A DNA stretch of 64,000 nt, from assembly GCA_049290115.1 (NCBI GenBank), contig JBATMZ010000238.1, positions 7,347 to 71,346 on the forward strand, read 5' to 3'. The notes below the pieces were generated by a model. The model was not told the DNA's origin. It made no database searches and saw only the letters and a list, made by a program, of their open reading frames with translations. How positions within the stretch are numbered: the first letter of the stretch is position 1; every line of letters starts with the position of its first letter. Made by a program: the position numbers and the translations under genes. Positions 1 to 8,269 of this stretch are shown here, one piece after another. Source of the stretch: Saprospiraceae bacterium. GTDB taxonomy: Bacteria > Bacteroidota > Bacteroidia > Chitinophagales > Saprospiraceae.

Positions 1-1130
1 TCGTCAAAAGACGTCGTCAATATGGTGCGGAGATGAGCTAAATATCTTTGGCGATAAGCCGGAATTTTTAAAACTTTATTCAAGAGAGGATAATTGGCCT
101 TGGTTTCATTATAAAACGGTGACCAACTGATTCTATTTTGATCGGTTGACATGACACTGTTGGCGTCGTAGTCATAGGTAGCCCACCTGCCTGTGATGTC
201 ATCTTGATAAAGATAGTAGTCCATTTTTCCTTTATACACGTATGAATCATCATCCGTGTAAGCAATTTCACATGCCAAGTGCCATAAAATTTTGTCTATA
301 TCAAAATATTCTGGAAGGGCAGTTTCCAAGGCATTACCACTATTGTTTAAAACATCGCAGGCTCTGTTTAGTTCTGTCCATGGATTATTATAGCCCGAAC
401 TCTTTAGTGTATAATATTTTTGATATGTTGTTGTGTCATTTCCCAAAAAATTAATAGCGGCTGTACCGTCACCCCATTGGGCTCCACCGCCGCCGCCTCC
501 ACCTCCACCGGTGCTTGTGGGTGAATCTGCACGAAAATTATTTCCATCGTTTGACTCGTACCATTCCTTCAAAAAATCCTTGTTTAATTGTTGTACGTTA
601 AGATACACACCCCAATATTGGTCATTAATATAAAGTTTGACAAAATTGGCTTTTGCGGCTGGCGTATGTGGTCTGATGAGATGGTAATACAGTATCTCAC
701 GCATGAAGGAAGGGTCTTGAAATGCGTTATTCAAGTTTAGTGTTTTATATTCACCCATCGTTTGATTTGCTATAAATCCATTTATAGAAATATTAAAAGA
801 TTTTTTTTGAGAATTGTTAGCAAAATATGAAGTTTGACCTTTAAATCGAATACCAACACTGTCCAAAGTTTGATCTTTGTATTTTAAAGTTGCGGAAATA
901 TCTGTTTTAGATGCATAGTTTTGGGTAAGCAAAGTCCAGTAATTAGATTGGGGGAAGGTCAACCTTATTTCTTCCAGAGAAGCTTCATCGTACAATCCTG
1001 TAATAATGTTGTCTCCTGCGATTAAATATCTTCCATCTTCGGATATTTTCCATTGGGACGGAATATTTTGAGCATTAATAAACAGGATAAAATTTAAAAA
1101 AAACAATAAGCAAATAGCTCTAATTATCAT
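1..1130 (-). CDS. CotH kinase-family secreted protein, partial (C-terminus lies beyond window start)
   Basis: Absent from the ORF track because no stop lies in the window. Minus-strand translation from ATG (1130-1128) stays open to position 3: MIIRAICLLFFLNFILFINAQ (signal peptide) ... NAFQDPSFMREILYYHLIRPHTPAAKANFVKLYINDQYWGVYLNVQQLNKDFLKEW ... Gly9 ... YNETKANYPLLNKVLKIPAYRQRYLAHLRTIL. The D.SfmRe / v.lyiN..y.GvY block matches the conserved CotH (PF08757) core as I recall it. Confidence 0.75.
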   Translation of the reverse strand, partial: MIIRAICLLFFLNFILFINAQNIPSQWKISEDGRYLIAGDNIITGLYDEASLEEIRLTFPQSNYWTLLTQNYASKTDISATLKYKDQTLDSVGIRFKGQTSYFANNSQKKSFNISINGFIANQTMGEYKTLNLNNAFQDPSFMREILYYHLIRPHTPAAKANFVKLYINDQYWGVYLNVQQLNKDFLKEWYESNDGNNFRADSPTSTGGGGGGGGGAQWGDGTAAINFLGNDTTTYQKYYTLKSSGYNNPWTELNRACDVLNNSGNALETALPEYFDIDKILWHLACEIAYTDDDSYVYKGKMDYYLYQDDITGRWATYDYDANSVMSTDQNRISWSPFYNETKANYPLLNKVLKIPAYRQRYLAHLRTILTTSFD

Positions 1131-1299
1131 GATAAATTATTTTTAATTCTTAATACACACAAATAAAATGGATTCTCCTTATTTGTACTCAAAATTTACA
1201 CTTTATTTTGATTTTTATAGGAGATGATACAAATGTGACATTTTATCATATATTTTTATAATCATATTGATTTTCTGTATATTTTTCTTTGAATTTTGG

Positions 1300-1307
1300 T
1301 ACTTTTG
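1300..1307 (+). promoter_or_regulatory. Bacteroidota -7 box TACTTTTG (thiolase)
   Basis: Exact TAnnTTTG match 23 nt upstream of ATG 1331. Confidence 0.45.
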
Positions 1308-1330
1308 AGCAATTAATTACGAATAAATAC

Positions 1331-2557
1331 ATGAATGGTTCTTATATTTTAGATGGTGTGCGAACAGCTATCGGTAGTTTTAGAGGCACTTTGTCCGATA
1401 TTCGAACGGACGACTTAGCTGCATTTGTCATTCAAAAATTAATGGAAAGAAATCCGACGATTTCGCCTAATGGAGTTGACGATGTAATTTTTGGATGTGC
1501 CAATCAAGCAGGTGAAGACAATAGAAATGTAGCACGAATGGCATTATTATTAGCAGGTATTCCATATACTGTCCCAGGAGAAACCGTCAACCGTCTATGT
1601 GCTTCAGGAATGTCGGCCGTAATACATGCTCATCGAGGCATTATGGTCGGAGACGGGCATTTATTTATTGCTGGGGGAGTGGAAAATATGACGAGAGGTC
1701 CTTTAGTTATTTCTAAAGCAAGTGTCCCTTTTGGAGGAGATTCACAAATGTATGATTCTACCTTTGGGTGGCGATTTATCAATCCAAAAATGAAGGCGCT
1801 ATATGGAGTAGAAGCCATGGGAGAAACGGCAGAAAATTTGGCTTCACAATTTAAAATATCAAGAGAAGATCAAGATAAATTTGCTGCTTGGTCTCAACAA
1901 AAAGCAGCCATTGCAGCAGTGGATGGAAAGTTTAAGAATGAAATTGTCCCACTACACATTCCTCAAAAAAAATCTGACCCTATCATCTTTGATTCAGACG
2001 AATTTGTCAGACCTAGCACCACTGCCAACATATTATCAAAACTTAAACCTGCTTTTAAAGTTGGTGGAAGTGTTACTGCGGGCAATTCATCGGGCTTGAA
2101 TGACGGAGCCGCTGCTTTAATGATTTGTTCTCAGAAATTTCTTAAAGGCACTAATTTTAAACCTTTAGCCAGAATTGTGGGATCGATGGTCGTAGGTGTC
2201 GAACCACGCATTATGGGCATAGGCCCAGTTTATGCCATCAAAAAATTATTGCAAAAAGCCAACCTTACTTTGGATGATATGGCCATCATCGAGATTAACG
2301 AAGCCTTTGCCGTTCAAGTATTAGCTTGTCTTCAGGAGTTAGGGATTGCATTTGACGATGTTAGGGTAAATCCCAATGGTGGGTCAATCGCTTTGGGCCA
2401 TCCGCTTGGGATGTCAGGTGCTAGGATTTTGCTGACAGCTGCGCACGAATTGCAACGACAACATAAAAGGTACGCTATTGTATCTATGTGTGTTGGTGTT
2501 GGGCAAGGTTATGCAACTTTGTTAGAAAACCCTTTTTTCCTTACGGATAAAGAGTGA
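1331..2557 (+). CDS. acetyl-CoA C-acyltransferase (thiolase)
   Basis: Thiolase signatures are present: NRLCASGMSAV (acyl-enzyme Cys), NPNGGSIALGHPLGMSGARIL (His) and SMCVGVGQG (C-terminal Cys). Start moved from TTG 1289 to ATG 1331 (MNGSYILDGVRTAIGSF) because a TACTTTTG -7 box lies at 1300-1307. Confidence 0.93.
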   Translation: MNGSYILDGVRTAIGSFRGTLSDIRTDDLAAFVIQKLMERNPTISPNGVDDVIFGCANQAGEDNRNVARMALLLAGIPYTVPGETVNRLCASGMSAVIHAHRGIMVGDGHLFIAGGVENMTRGPLVISKASVPFGGDSQMYDSTFGWRFINPKMKALYGVEAMGETAENLASQFKISREDQDKFAAWSQQKAAIAAVDGKFKNEIVPLHIPQKKSDPIIFDSDEFVRPSTTANILSKLKPAFKVGGSVTAGNSSGLNDGAAALMICSQKFLKGTNFKPLARIVGSMVVGVEPRIMGIGPVYAIKKLLQKANLTLDDMAIIEINEAFAVQVLACLQELGIAFDDVRVNPNGGSIALGHPLGMSGARILLTAAHELQRQHKRYAIVSMCVGVGQGYATLLENPFFLTDKE

Positions 2558-2626
2558 TTCGTCGAAAGTAGATGAAGCGGTTTAAATTAAAATATTGTAT
2601 AAATTGAGATTTAAAATATTGATTGT

Positions 2627-3994
2627 ATGACAAAACATTTTAAGTTTTCCTTTAAATATCTTGGTAATAGTTTATTATGTCGTGTTATGTTTTTGATTAT
2701 GGCATTGTTTGTGTTTCAAGCATGTAGTAAAAAAAATATTGTCTACAATTCCGTAAATAAGGAGCTAACAGGACCGTTTAAGAATATAAAAATTCATCAA
2801 AATTCAGTAGGATCGGGACCATGTGAACCTTCGATTTCCATTAACCCTAGGGATGTCAATAAAATTGTGGCGGGTAGTGTTTTGAATAATGTGTACACTT
2901 CTAAGGATGGTGGAAAAACTTGGGCAAAATCTGTTTTGAGTTCTAGTCAAGGAGTTTACGGCGACCCGGTCATTCGCCATGACTTTAAAGGAAATGTGTA
3001 TTACAGTCATTTGGCAAATCCCAAAAACAAAGCCTACGGTAGTGTTGAATTTTTGGATAAAATTGTAGTTCAAAGCTCATCTGACAATGGTAAATCTTGG
3101 ACTGATGGCACTTTTCCACAGGTAGATCACCTAAAAGACCACGACAAACAATGGCTTGCGATGCATCCTGAAACGGGAGAAATAGCCATGACCTGGACGG
3201 AATTTGATAAGTACGGAAGTGAGGATACTATCCACAAATCGCGTATTTTATTTTCAAAGTCATCAGACCAAGGGAGGAGTTGGACAAAGTCTGTCACTAT
3301 TAACGAATGGGAAGGGGATTGTTTGGATAATGACTATACTACAGAAGGGGCACATCCTGCTTTTGGTATCAATGGGGAGATTTATGTAGTGTGGTGTTTT
3401 GACGAAAAAATATGGATGGATGTTTCAGAGGATGGCGGTAAAACATGGGGCAAAGATCGGGTCATTGGCCAACAAAAAGGAGGATGGGCATTTGACATTC
3501 CTGGTATTAGGAGGAGTAATGGTTTTCCAACTATCAAAGTAGATTATACGTCCAATGGTGGAAAAGGAAATATTTATGTTCAATGGTCAGATCAGCGTAA
3601 CGGTCAGGACAATACCGATATTTTTATGATCCGTTCGACCGATAGAGGCAAAACTTGGTCCAAAGAAATTACGGTTAATGACGACAACTCAAAGCGTCAA
3701 CAATTTTACTCTTGGATGGATGTAGACCAAGCAACTGGATATTTATATTTAGTTTTTTATGATAGAAGAAATCACGATGACGATCAAACGGATGTCTATC
3801 TTGCCTATTCTACAGATCAAGGAAAAACCTTCAAAAATGTAAAAGTGAGTGAGTCACCATTTGTACCAATTAGAAATGTTTTTTTTGGGGATTACAACGA
3901 TATAAGTGTTGAGAACGGTGTCATAAGACCAATTTGGACGAGACAGGAAGGTCAAGAACTAAGTGTACTTACAGCGATCATTCAACATAAATAG
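2627..3994 (+). CDS. BNR/Asp-box repeat (sialidase-fold) lipoprotein
   Basis: Six Asp-box motifs: SKDGGKTW, SSDNGKSW, SSDQGRSW, SEDGGKTW, STDRGKTW, STDQGKTF. Lipoprotein-type signal (FVFQACSKK). No FRIP motif seen, so true sialidase activity is not supported. Confidence 0.8.
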   Translation: MTKHFKFSFKYLGNSLLCRVMFLIMALFVFQACSKKNIVYNSVNKELTGPFKNIKIHQNSVGSGPCEPSISINPRDVNKIVAGSVLNNVYTSKDGGKTWAKSVLSSSQGVYGDPVIRHDFKGNVYYSHLANPKNKAYGSVEFLDKIVVQSSSDNGKSWTDGTFPQVDHLKDHDKQWLAMHPETGEIAMTWTEFDKYGSEDTIHKSRILFSKSSDQGRSWTKSVTINEWEGDCLDNDYTTEGAHPAFGINGEIYVVWCFDEKIWMDVSEDGGKTWGKDRVIGQQKGGWAFDIPGIRRSNGFPTIKVDYTSNGGKGNIYVQWSDQRNGQDNTDIFMIRSTDRGKTWSKEITVNDDNSKRQQFYSWMDVDQATGYLYLVFYDRRNHDDDQTDVYLAYSTDQGKTFKNVKVSESPFVPIRNVFFGDYNDISVENGVIRPIWTRQEGQELSVLTAIIQHK

Positions 3995-4000
3995 ATAGCA

Positions 4001-4513
4001 ATGAAATTTTTTTACCTTCCCTTTTTTGCTGTATTTGTTATGTTGACTTGTGGGCAGAAGATGTATGCCCAGAAATTACTTCAAATAGAAGATCCAAAAG
4101 AAGTGGAAACCATCCGGTATTACGAAGGGCAAAAAATTACATTTCGGTCAAAGGAATCCCAAGATGAATGGCAAACAAAAAAAATTAAAACCATCATGGT
4201 TGAAGAATCTGTCATTATATTTTCTGACGGATTTATGCACATCTCAGAGATAAGCCATATTCGACACCCCTTGCCATTACGACAAATCGCTGGAAAATTG
4301 TTGATGTCCTTTGGAGGAGCTTGGTTGGTGTATGGAGGTATTGCGTTAGCCGTAGGCCTCCCCAATGTTGTTGCCAAGGATTTGATGATTGGTTTAGTTC
4401 CATTGGTTGGCGGATGGGTGATACAAAAGTTTGCTTATCATACCTATGAAATAGGCAAAAATGGTAGAATAAGATTGTTGGACATTTCTTTTCCAGGAAT
4501 GCCTAGCCCCTGA
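4001..4513 (+). CDS. hypothetical membrane protein (signal peptide plus two C-terminal TM helices)
   Basis: 170-aa ORF starting 6 nt after the BNR gene. It has an N-terminal hydrophobic signal (FFAVFVMLTCGQKMYAQ) and two hydrophobic segments (LLMSFGGAWLVYGGIALAVGL, LMIGLVPLVGGWVIQ). No family recognised. Confidence 0.55.
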   Translation: MKFFYLPFFAVFVMLTCGQKMYAQKLLQIEDPKEVETIRYYEGQKITFRSKESQDEWQTKKIKTIMVEESVIIFSDGFMHISEISHIRHPLPLRQIAGKLLMSFGGAWLVYGGIALAVGLPNVVAKDLMIGLVPLVGGWVIQKFAYHTYEIGKNGRIRLLDISFPGMPSP

Positions 4514-4549
4514 GAAAATAGTATAAGCAAAGCTTAAATTTCACAAACT

Positions 4550-6784
4550 ATGTTTTTTGTTCGCAATATTTTATGTTTTACTACTATCTATCTTTTAAGT
4601 AGTACATTAAACGGGCAATCATCCATTGGCGAAACCCAAAATATAGGCGTCATTCCACACCCAAACGAAATGTCGTTCCTAGGAGAAGTTTCTGATATAC
4701 GGCAGATGAATATCAAACCTTCCCAACTTATTTCAACATACATTCTACAGCTTTTTGACAGTACCAAACATATTACATTTGATGATCTAAAGAAGACCAA
4801 CGTATCAGTTGAACTGGATCAAAACCTTTCGAAAGAAGCGTATGATTTAAACATTGGTAAAAATGAAATTAAAATTGTAGGTGGTAGTGAGGTGGCCATT
4901 CAATATGCTTTTACTTCCCTCGAACAAATGATTCGATTTCATGGTCTTCCTTTACCAATGGTAAATATAAAGGATGAACCAGCCTTTATTTATCGAGGGA
5001 TGCATCTCGATGTAAGCCGCCATTTTTTTACGATGGATGAAGTAAAAAAGTATATTGATTACCTGGCATATTATAAATACAACCATTTTCACTGGCATCT
5101 GACGGACGATCAAGGCTGGCGCATTGAAATAAAAAAATATCCCAAACTACAAGAAATTGCGGCATTCCGAAAGGAAACCCTTTTGGGGCATTACAGTGAT
5201 AAGCCACATAAATACAATGGACAAAGATATGGCGGTTTTTATACACAAGAAGAAATCAAAGAAGTAGTGGCTTATGCTTCTTCTAGAAATATTAATGTGA
5301 TACCTGAGATTGAAATGCCAGGACACGCTTTAGCGGCATTGGCTGCTTATCCAGAATTAGGTTGTTCGGGAGGACCTTATGAAGTAGCAACAAAGTGGGG
5401 TATTTTTAATGATGTTTTTTGTCCGACGGAAGCAACATTTACCTTTCTGGAAAACGTGGTGGATGAAGTTTTATTTTTATTTCCTTACAAATATATACAT
5501 ATCGGCGGGGATGAATGCCCTAAAACTTCTTGGGAAAAAAGCGATATTTGTCGAAATATCATGGAAGCCAATGACATTAAGGATTATCATCATTTGCAAA
5601 GTTATTTTATTGGAAGAATGGCCAAATATATTCAGTCTAGAGGCAGACAAATTATAGGTTGGGACGAAATTTTGGAAGGTGGATTGGCAGATGGAGCTAC
5701 AGTGATGTCATGGAGAGGAAACCAAGGTGGAATGGAAGCTGCTAGGCAAGGACATGATGTGATTATGACACCGGGTAGCCATTGTTATTTTGATTATTAC
5801 CAATCTACTGCAGCAGACGAGCCAATAGCCATAGGTGGATATACACCATTGGAGAAAGTATATCATTGGAAGGTGATTCCCGATGCACTTGAACCAGAAA
5901 AGAGGGCATTTATATTAGGTGGACAAGCCAATGTTTGGACAGAGTACATCCATGATTTTAAGCAAGTAGAGTACATGGCATATGCGAGAGGATTTGCTAT
6001 GGCCGAAGTACTTTGGACTAGACAAAAAGACTACGTTAGATTTATTGATCGGTTTTTACACCACCAAACAAATTGGAAAAAAAGAGGTTCTAATGTGGCC
6101 AATCATATATTCGAACTGAAACCTAATATATCTGCTGGAAATGGCAAAGAGGTTAGTATTTCTTTTAATCTGCACCAAGGAAAAGAAGTTTGGCATGAGT
6201 GGAATGGGAAGGCAGAAAAAGGCAAAACATTTTTTTTGACAGATGAAGGGAAACACCATTTTACCGTAGACGGTGATCAGGAATTGTCAAAACCATGGTC
6301 AATGTCTTATTTACCACATTTGGCAACCAAAGCCAAGATTAGTATTAACCCAGAACCTTCATCAAAATATCCAGGCAATGGCAAGGGAAGTATAATTAAT
6401 GGTGTGTTTGGTAGTGATTCCAAATATGGTGGTTTGGAATGGTTGGGTTTTGAGGGCAAAGACGTGCAAATATTGCTTGAGTGGAAATCTTCTGTTTCGA
6501 TGGATTCTATATTGTTTCGGTTTTACAAAGGTGAAGGTCAATGGATTTATTTACCTTCGAATATTAAAATATTTGCATCCAAAAATGGACGAGTTTTTGA
6601 GGAGATTAAAACAATAAATCAGATCAATAGTGAAGGAAAAGTGGCTAATGTAGAGGTACAGGCTGCTATGAGCGATATTCGTTTTCTGAAAATTGATGTA
6701 CAAAACTATGGTTTGATCCCTAAAGAAGCGCAAGGATTTGGGCATCGAGCTTGGTTGTTTATAGACGAAATAGTGGTCAAATAG
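4550..6784 (+). CDS. beta-N-acetylhexosaminidase (GH20) with C-terminal carbohydrate-binding-like extension
   Basis: GH20 core motifs HFHWHLTDDQGWRIEIKKYPKL and HIGGDECP (catalytic D-E). Signal peptide present. The discoidin/F5-8-type-C reading of the ~200-aa C-terminal tail (WLGFEGKD...RFLKIDV...AWLFIDEIVV) is tentative. Confidence 0.92.
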   Translation: MFFVRNILCFTTIYLLSSTLNGQSSIGETQNIGVIPHPNEMSFLGEVSDIRQMNIKPSQLISTYILQLFDSTKHITFDDLKKTNVSVELDQNLSKEAYDLNIGKNEIKIVGGSEVAIQYAFTSLEQMIRFHGLPLPMVNIKDEPAFIYRGMHLDVSRHFFTMDEVKKYIDYLAYYKYNHFHWHLTDDQGWRIEIKKYPKLQEIAAFRKETLLGHYSDKPHKYNGQRYGGFYTQEEIKEVVAYASSRNINVIPEIEMPGHALAALAAYPELGCSGGPYEVATKWGIFNDVFCPTEATFTFLENVVDEVLFLFPYKYIHIGGDECPKTSWEKSDICRNIMEANDIKDYHHLQSYFIGRMAKYIQSRGRQIIGWDEILEGGLADGATVMSWRGNQGGMEAARQGHDVIMTPGSHCYFDYYQSTAADEPIAIGGYTPLEKVYHWKVIPDALEPEKRAFILGGQANVWTEYIHDFKQVEYMAYARGFAMAEVLWTRQKDYVRFIDRFLHHQTNWKKRGSNVANHIFELKPNISAGNGKEVSISFNLHQGKEVWHEWNGKAEKGKTFFLTDEGKHHFTVDGDQELSKPWSMSYLPHLATKAKISINPEPSSKYPGNGKGSIINGVFGSDSKYGGLEWLGFEGKDVQILLEWKSSVSMDSILFRFYKGEGQWIYLPSNIKIFASKNGRVFEEIKTINQINSEGKVANVEVQAAMSDIRFLKIDVQNYGLIPKEAQGFGHRAWLFIDEIVVK

Positions 6785-6861
6785 TGTAAGAAGGTGCCTC
6801 CTCTTTTTATTGCCAAACCTAGCTTAGTAGGCGCAATCTGTCCATAGACTGAAGATTATTC

Positions 6862-6891
6862 TAAAAAACGTTTGGCGAGTTTTTTGCCAAA
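6862..6891 (-). terminator. possible intrinsic terminator after the saccharopine-dehydrogenase-like gene
   Basis: Minus-strand RNA reads UUUGGC-aaaaaacuc-GCCAAA followed by CGUUUUUU. The stem is 6 bp with a 9-nt loop, so it is weak. Confidence 0.35.
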
Positions 6892-6926
6892 AGATGCAAA
6901 AATCGTGACAAACACGGCCATCATTT

Positions 6927-8063
6927 TTATCCTAAAACAATACCTTCTTTGACAATCCGGTCCAAATACAATTGTCCCAATCCTTCCACTGGTGTGCAGA
7001 CGCCTGATTTAATATTACCAGACCTAGATTTTCCAAGTAAGGTAAAAGCAGCCTCTGAAAACATCTTGGACGTTTCATTGTAACCAGGATCTCCTCCTGA
7101 CATTTTCGAAATCACTTTTGTGTCTCCAGAAGTTCCAATACAAGTAAATTCAAAATGACTTTTTTTTCTTTTTTCCTCAGAAGGCCCAGTGCCTGGAGCA
7201 TATTTTTTTTTCATGTAATTTCTAAACCAAACCGACCGTGCCAACAAAGATGCAAAAGCGATGGGAATAACTGTTTGCAACATTTTAAAAAAAGTAGACC
7301 GAATGAAATATTGGCGATAAGCCGTTGCATAACCAAAATCAAGTGGAAGTTTGTATATGCTCCTCTTGACAATGTGAGGATCCACCACCGGCATTGGAAT
7401 AGCCCAACCATTCATATCTTTGTTAAAATGTAATCTAACTTTTAAGCGTGGCGTATCGATGTGTTTTGAAAGTTTTAATTTTTTAGACTGTTTGGTTGTT
7501 TCTAAATACAACATTTGTACCGCTGTATTGAGGGTGCCTCCTGAAAAAGAAGCGTTAGTTCTCACAAATCCATCTAAAATCATTGGTACATTATGCGGCA
7601 TTTTTTTTGCTGTCGTCCAAGAAGTAAAATCGGCGGGAATACTATCAAAACCACAACAGTTGACAATGCATACCCCCGCATTTGATGCTTCCTGATGAAA
7701 TGTGTTATACACGTCAGAAACAAAAGACGGTTCTCCAGTAATATCCAAATAATGTGCCTTAGCTTTGATACATGCCTTAATCACTTTTTTACCATGAAAG
7801 GTAAAAGGACCAACAGCATTCATTAAAACCCTTGTTTTGCGTGCCAACTGGTCAAGATCTGATTTGTTTTGAATATCGACAATTTCCAATGCCACATTTT
7901 CATGGGGAAGACTATTTTTTACTTTTTCTAGGCTTTGGAGGTTTCTGCCGGCCAATGCCAAGGTAAAATTTTCCTTAGCCATTTTTTTTGACAAATACTG
8001 GGCGATGAGCTGTCCCGTAAAACCTGTTGCACCCAAAAGGATGATATCATAATGTCTTTCCAT
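6927..8063 (-). CDS. saccharopine dehydrogenase-like NAD(P)-binding oxidoreductase
   Basis: N-terminal Rossmann motif YDIILLGATGFTGQLIAQYL. The overall layout (CGFDSIPAD segment, ~380 aa) is typical of the saccharopine dehydrogenase-like / trans-acting enoyl reductase family. Confidence 0.72.
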   Translation of the reverse strand: MERHYDIILLGATGFTGQLIAQYLSKKMAKENFTLALAGRNLQSLEKVKNSLPHENVALEIVDIQNKSDLDQLARKTRVLMNAVGPFTFHGKKVIKACIKAKAHYLDITGEPSFVSDVYNTFHQEASNAGVCIVNCCGFDSIPADFTSWTTAKKMPHNVPMILDGFVRTNASFSGGTLNTAVQMLYLETTKQSKKLKLSKHIDTPRLKVRLHFNKDMNGWAIPMPVVDPHIVKRSIYKLPLDFGYATAYRQYFIRSTFFKMLQTVIPIAFASLLARSVWFRNYMKKKYAPGTGPSEEKRKKSHFEFTCIGTSGDTKVISKMSGGDPGYNETSKMFSEAAFTLLGKSRSGNIKSGVCTPVEGLGQLYLDRIVKEGIVLG

Positions 8064-8237
8064 CGTTTATAATAAATTTATATACACTCAAAATAAATTT
8101 ACGTAAAGGTAAGTTAGAATTACTACTTATTCGTCCTAATCCGAAATTTTTGAAGGATATTAGGTAGATATGGTTTTTTGGAAGTAAAAAGACTCAACTA
8201 AAACCATTTCAAATTGTAATATATATAGGTAATCCTG

Positions 8238-8245
8238 TAAATTTG
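8238..8245 (+). promoter_or_regulatory. Bacteroidota -7 box TAAATTTG (aconitase)
   Basis: Exact TAnnTTTG match 24 nt upstream of ATG 8270. Confidence 0.5.
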
Positions 8246-8269
8246 CAAAAAATATAAAGTACAAACACT

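Noticed and set aside
433-633. Plus-strand ORF with a poly-Pro run, and neighbouring ORFs 80..271 and 242..454
   Set aside because: These are antisense or out-of-frame shadows of the CotH-like gene. The poly-Pro run is the reverse reading of its Gly9 codons.
6859-6924. 22-codon minus-strand ORF (MMAVFVTIFASFGKKLAKRFLE) starting 2 nt after the stop of the saccharopine-dehydrogenase-like gene
   Set aside because: It overlaps the only terminator-like hairpin of that gene, has no independent support, and is too short to judge from sequence alone.
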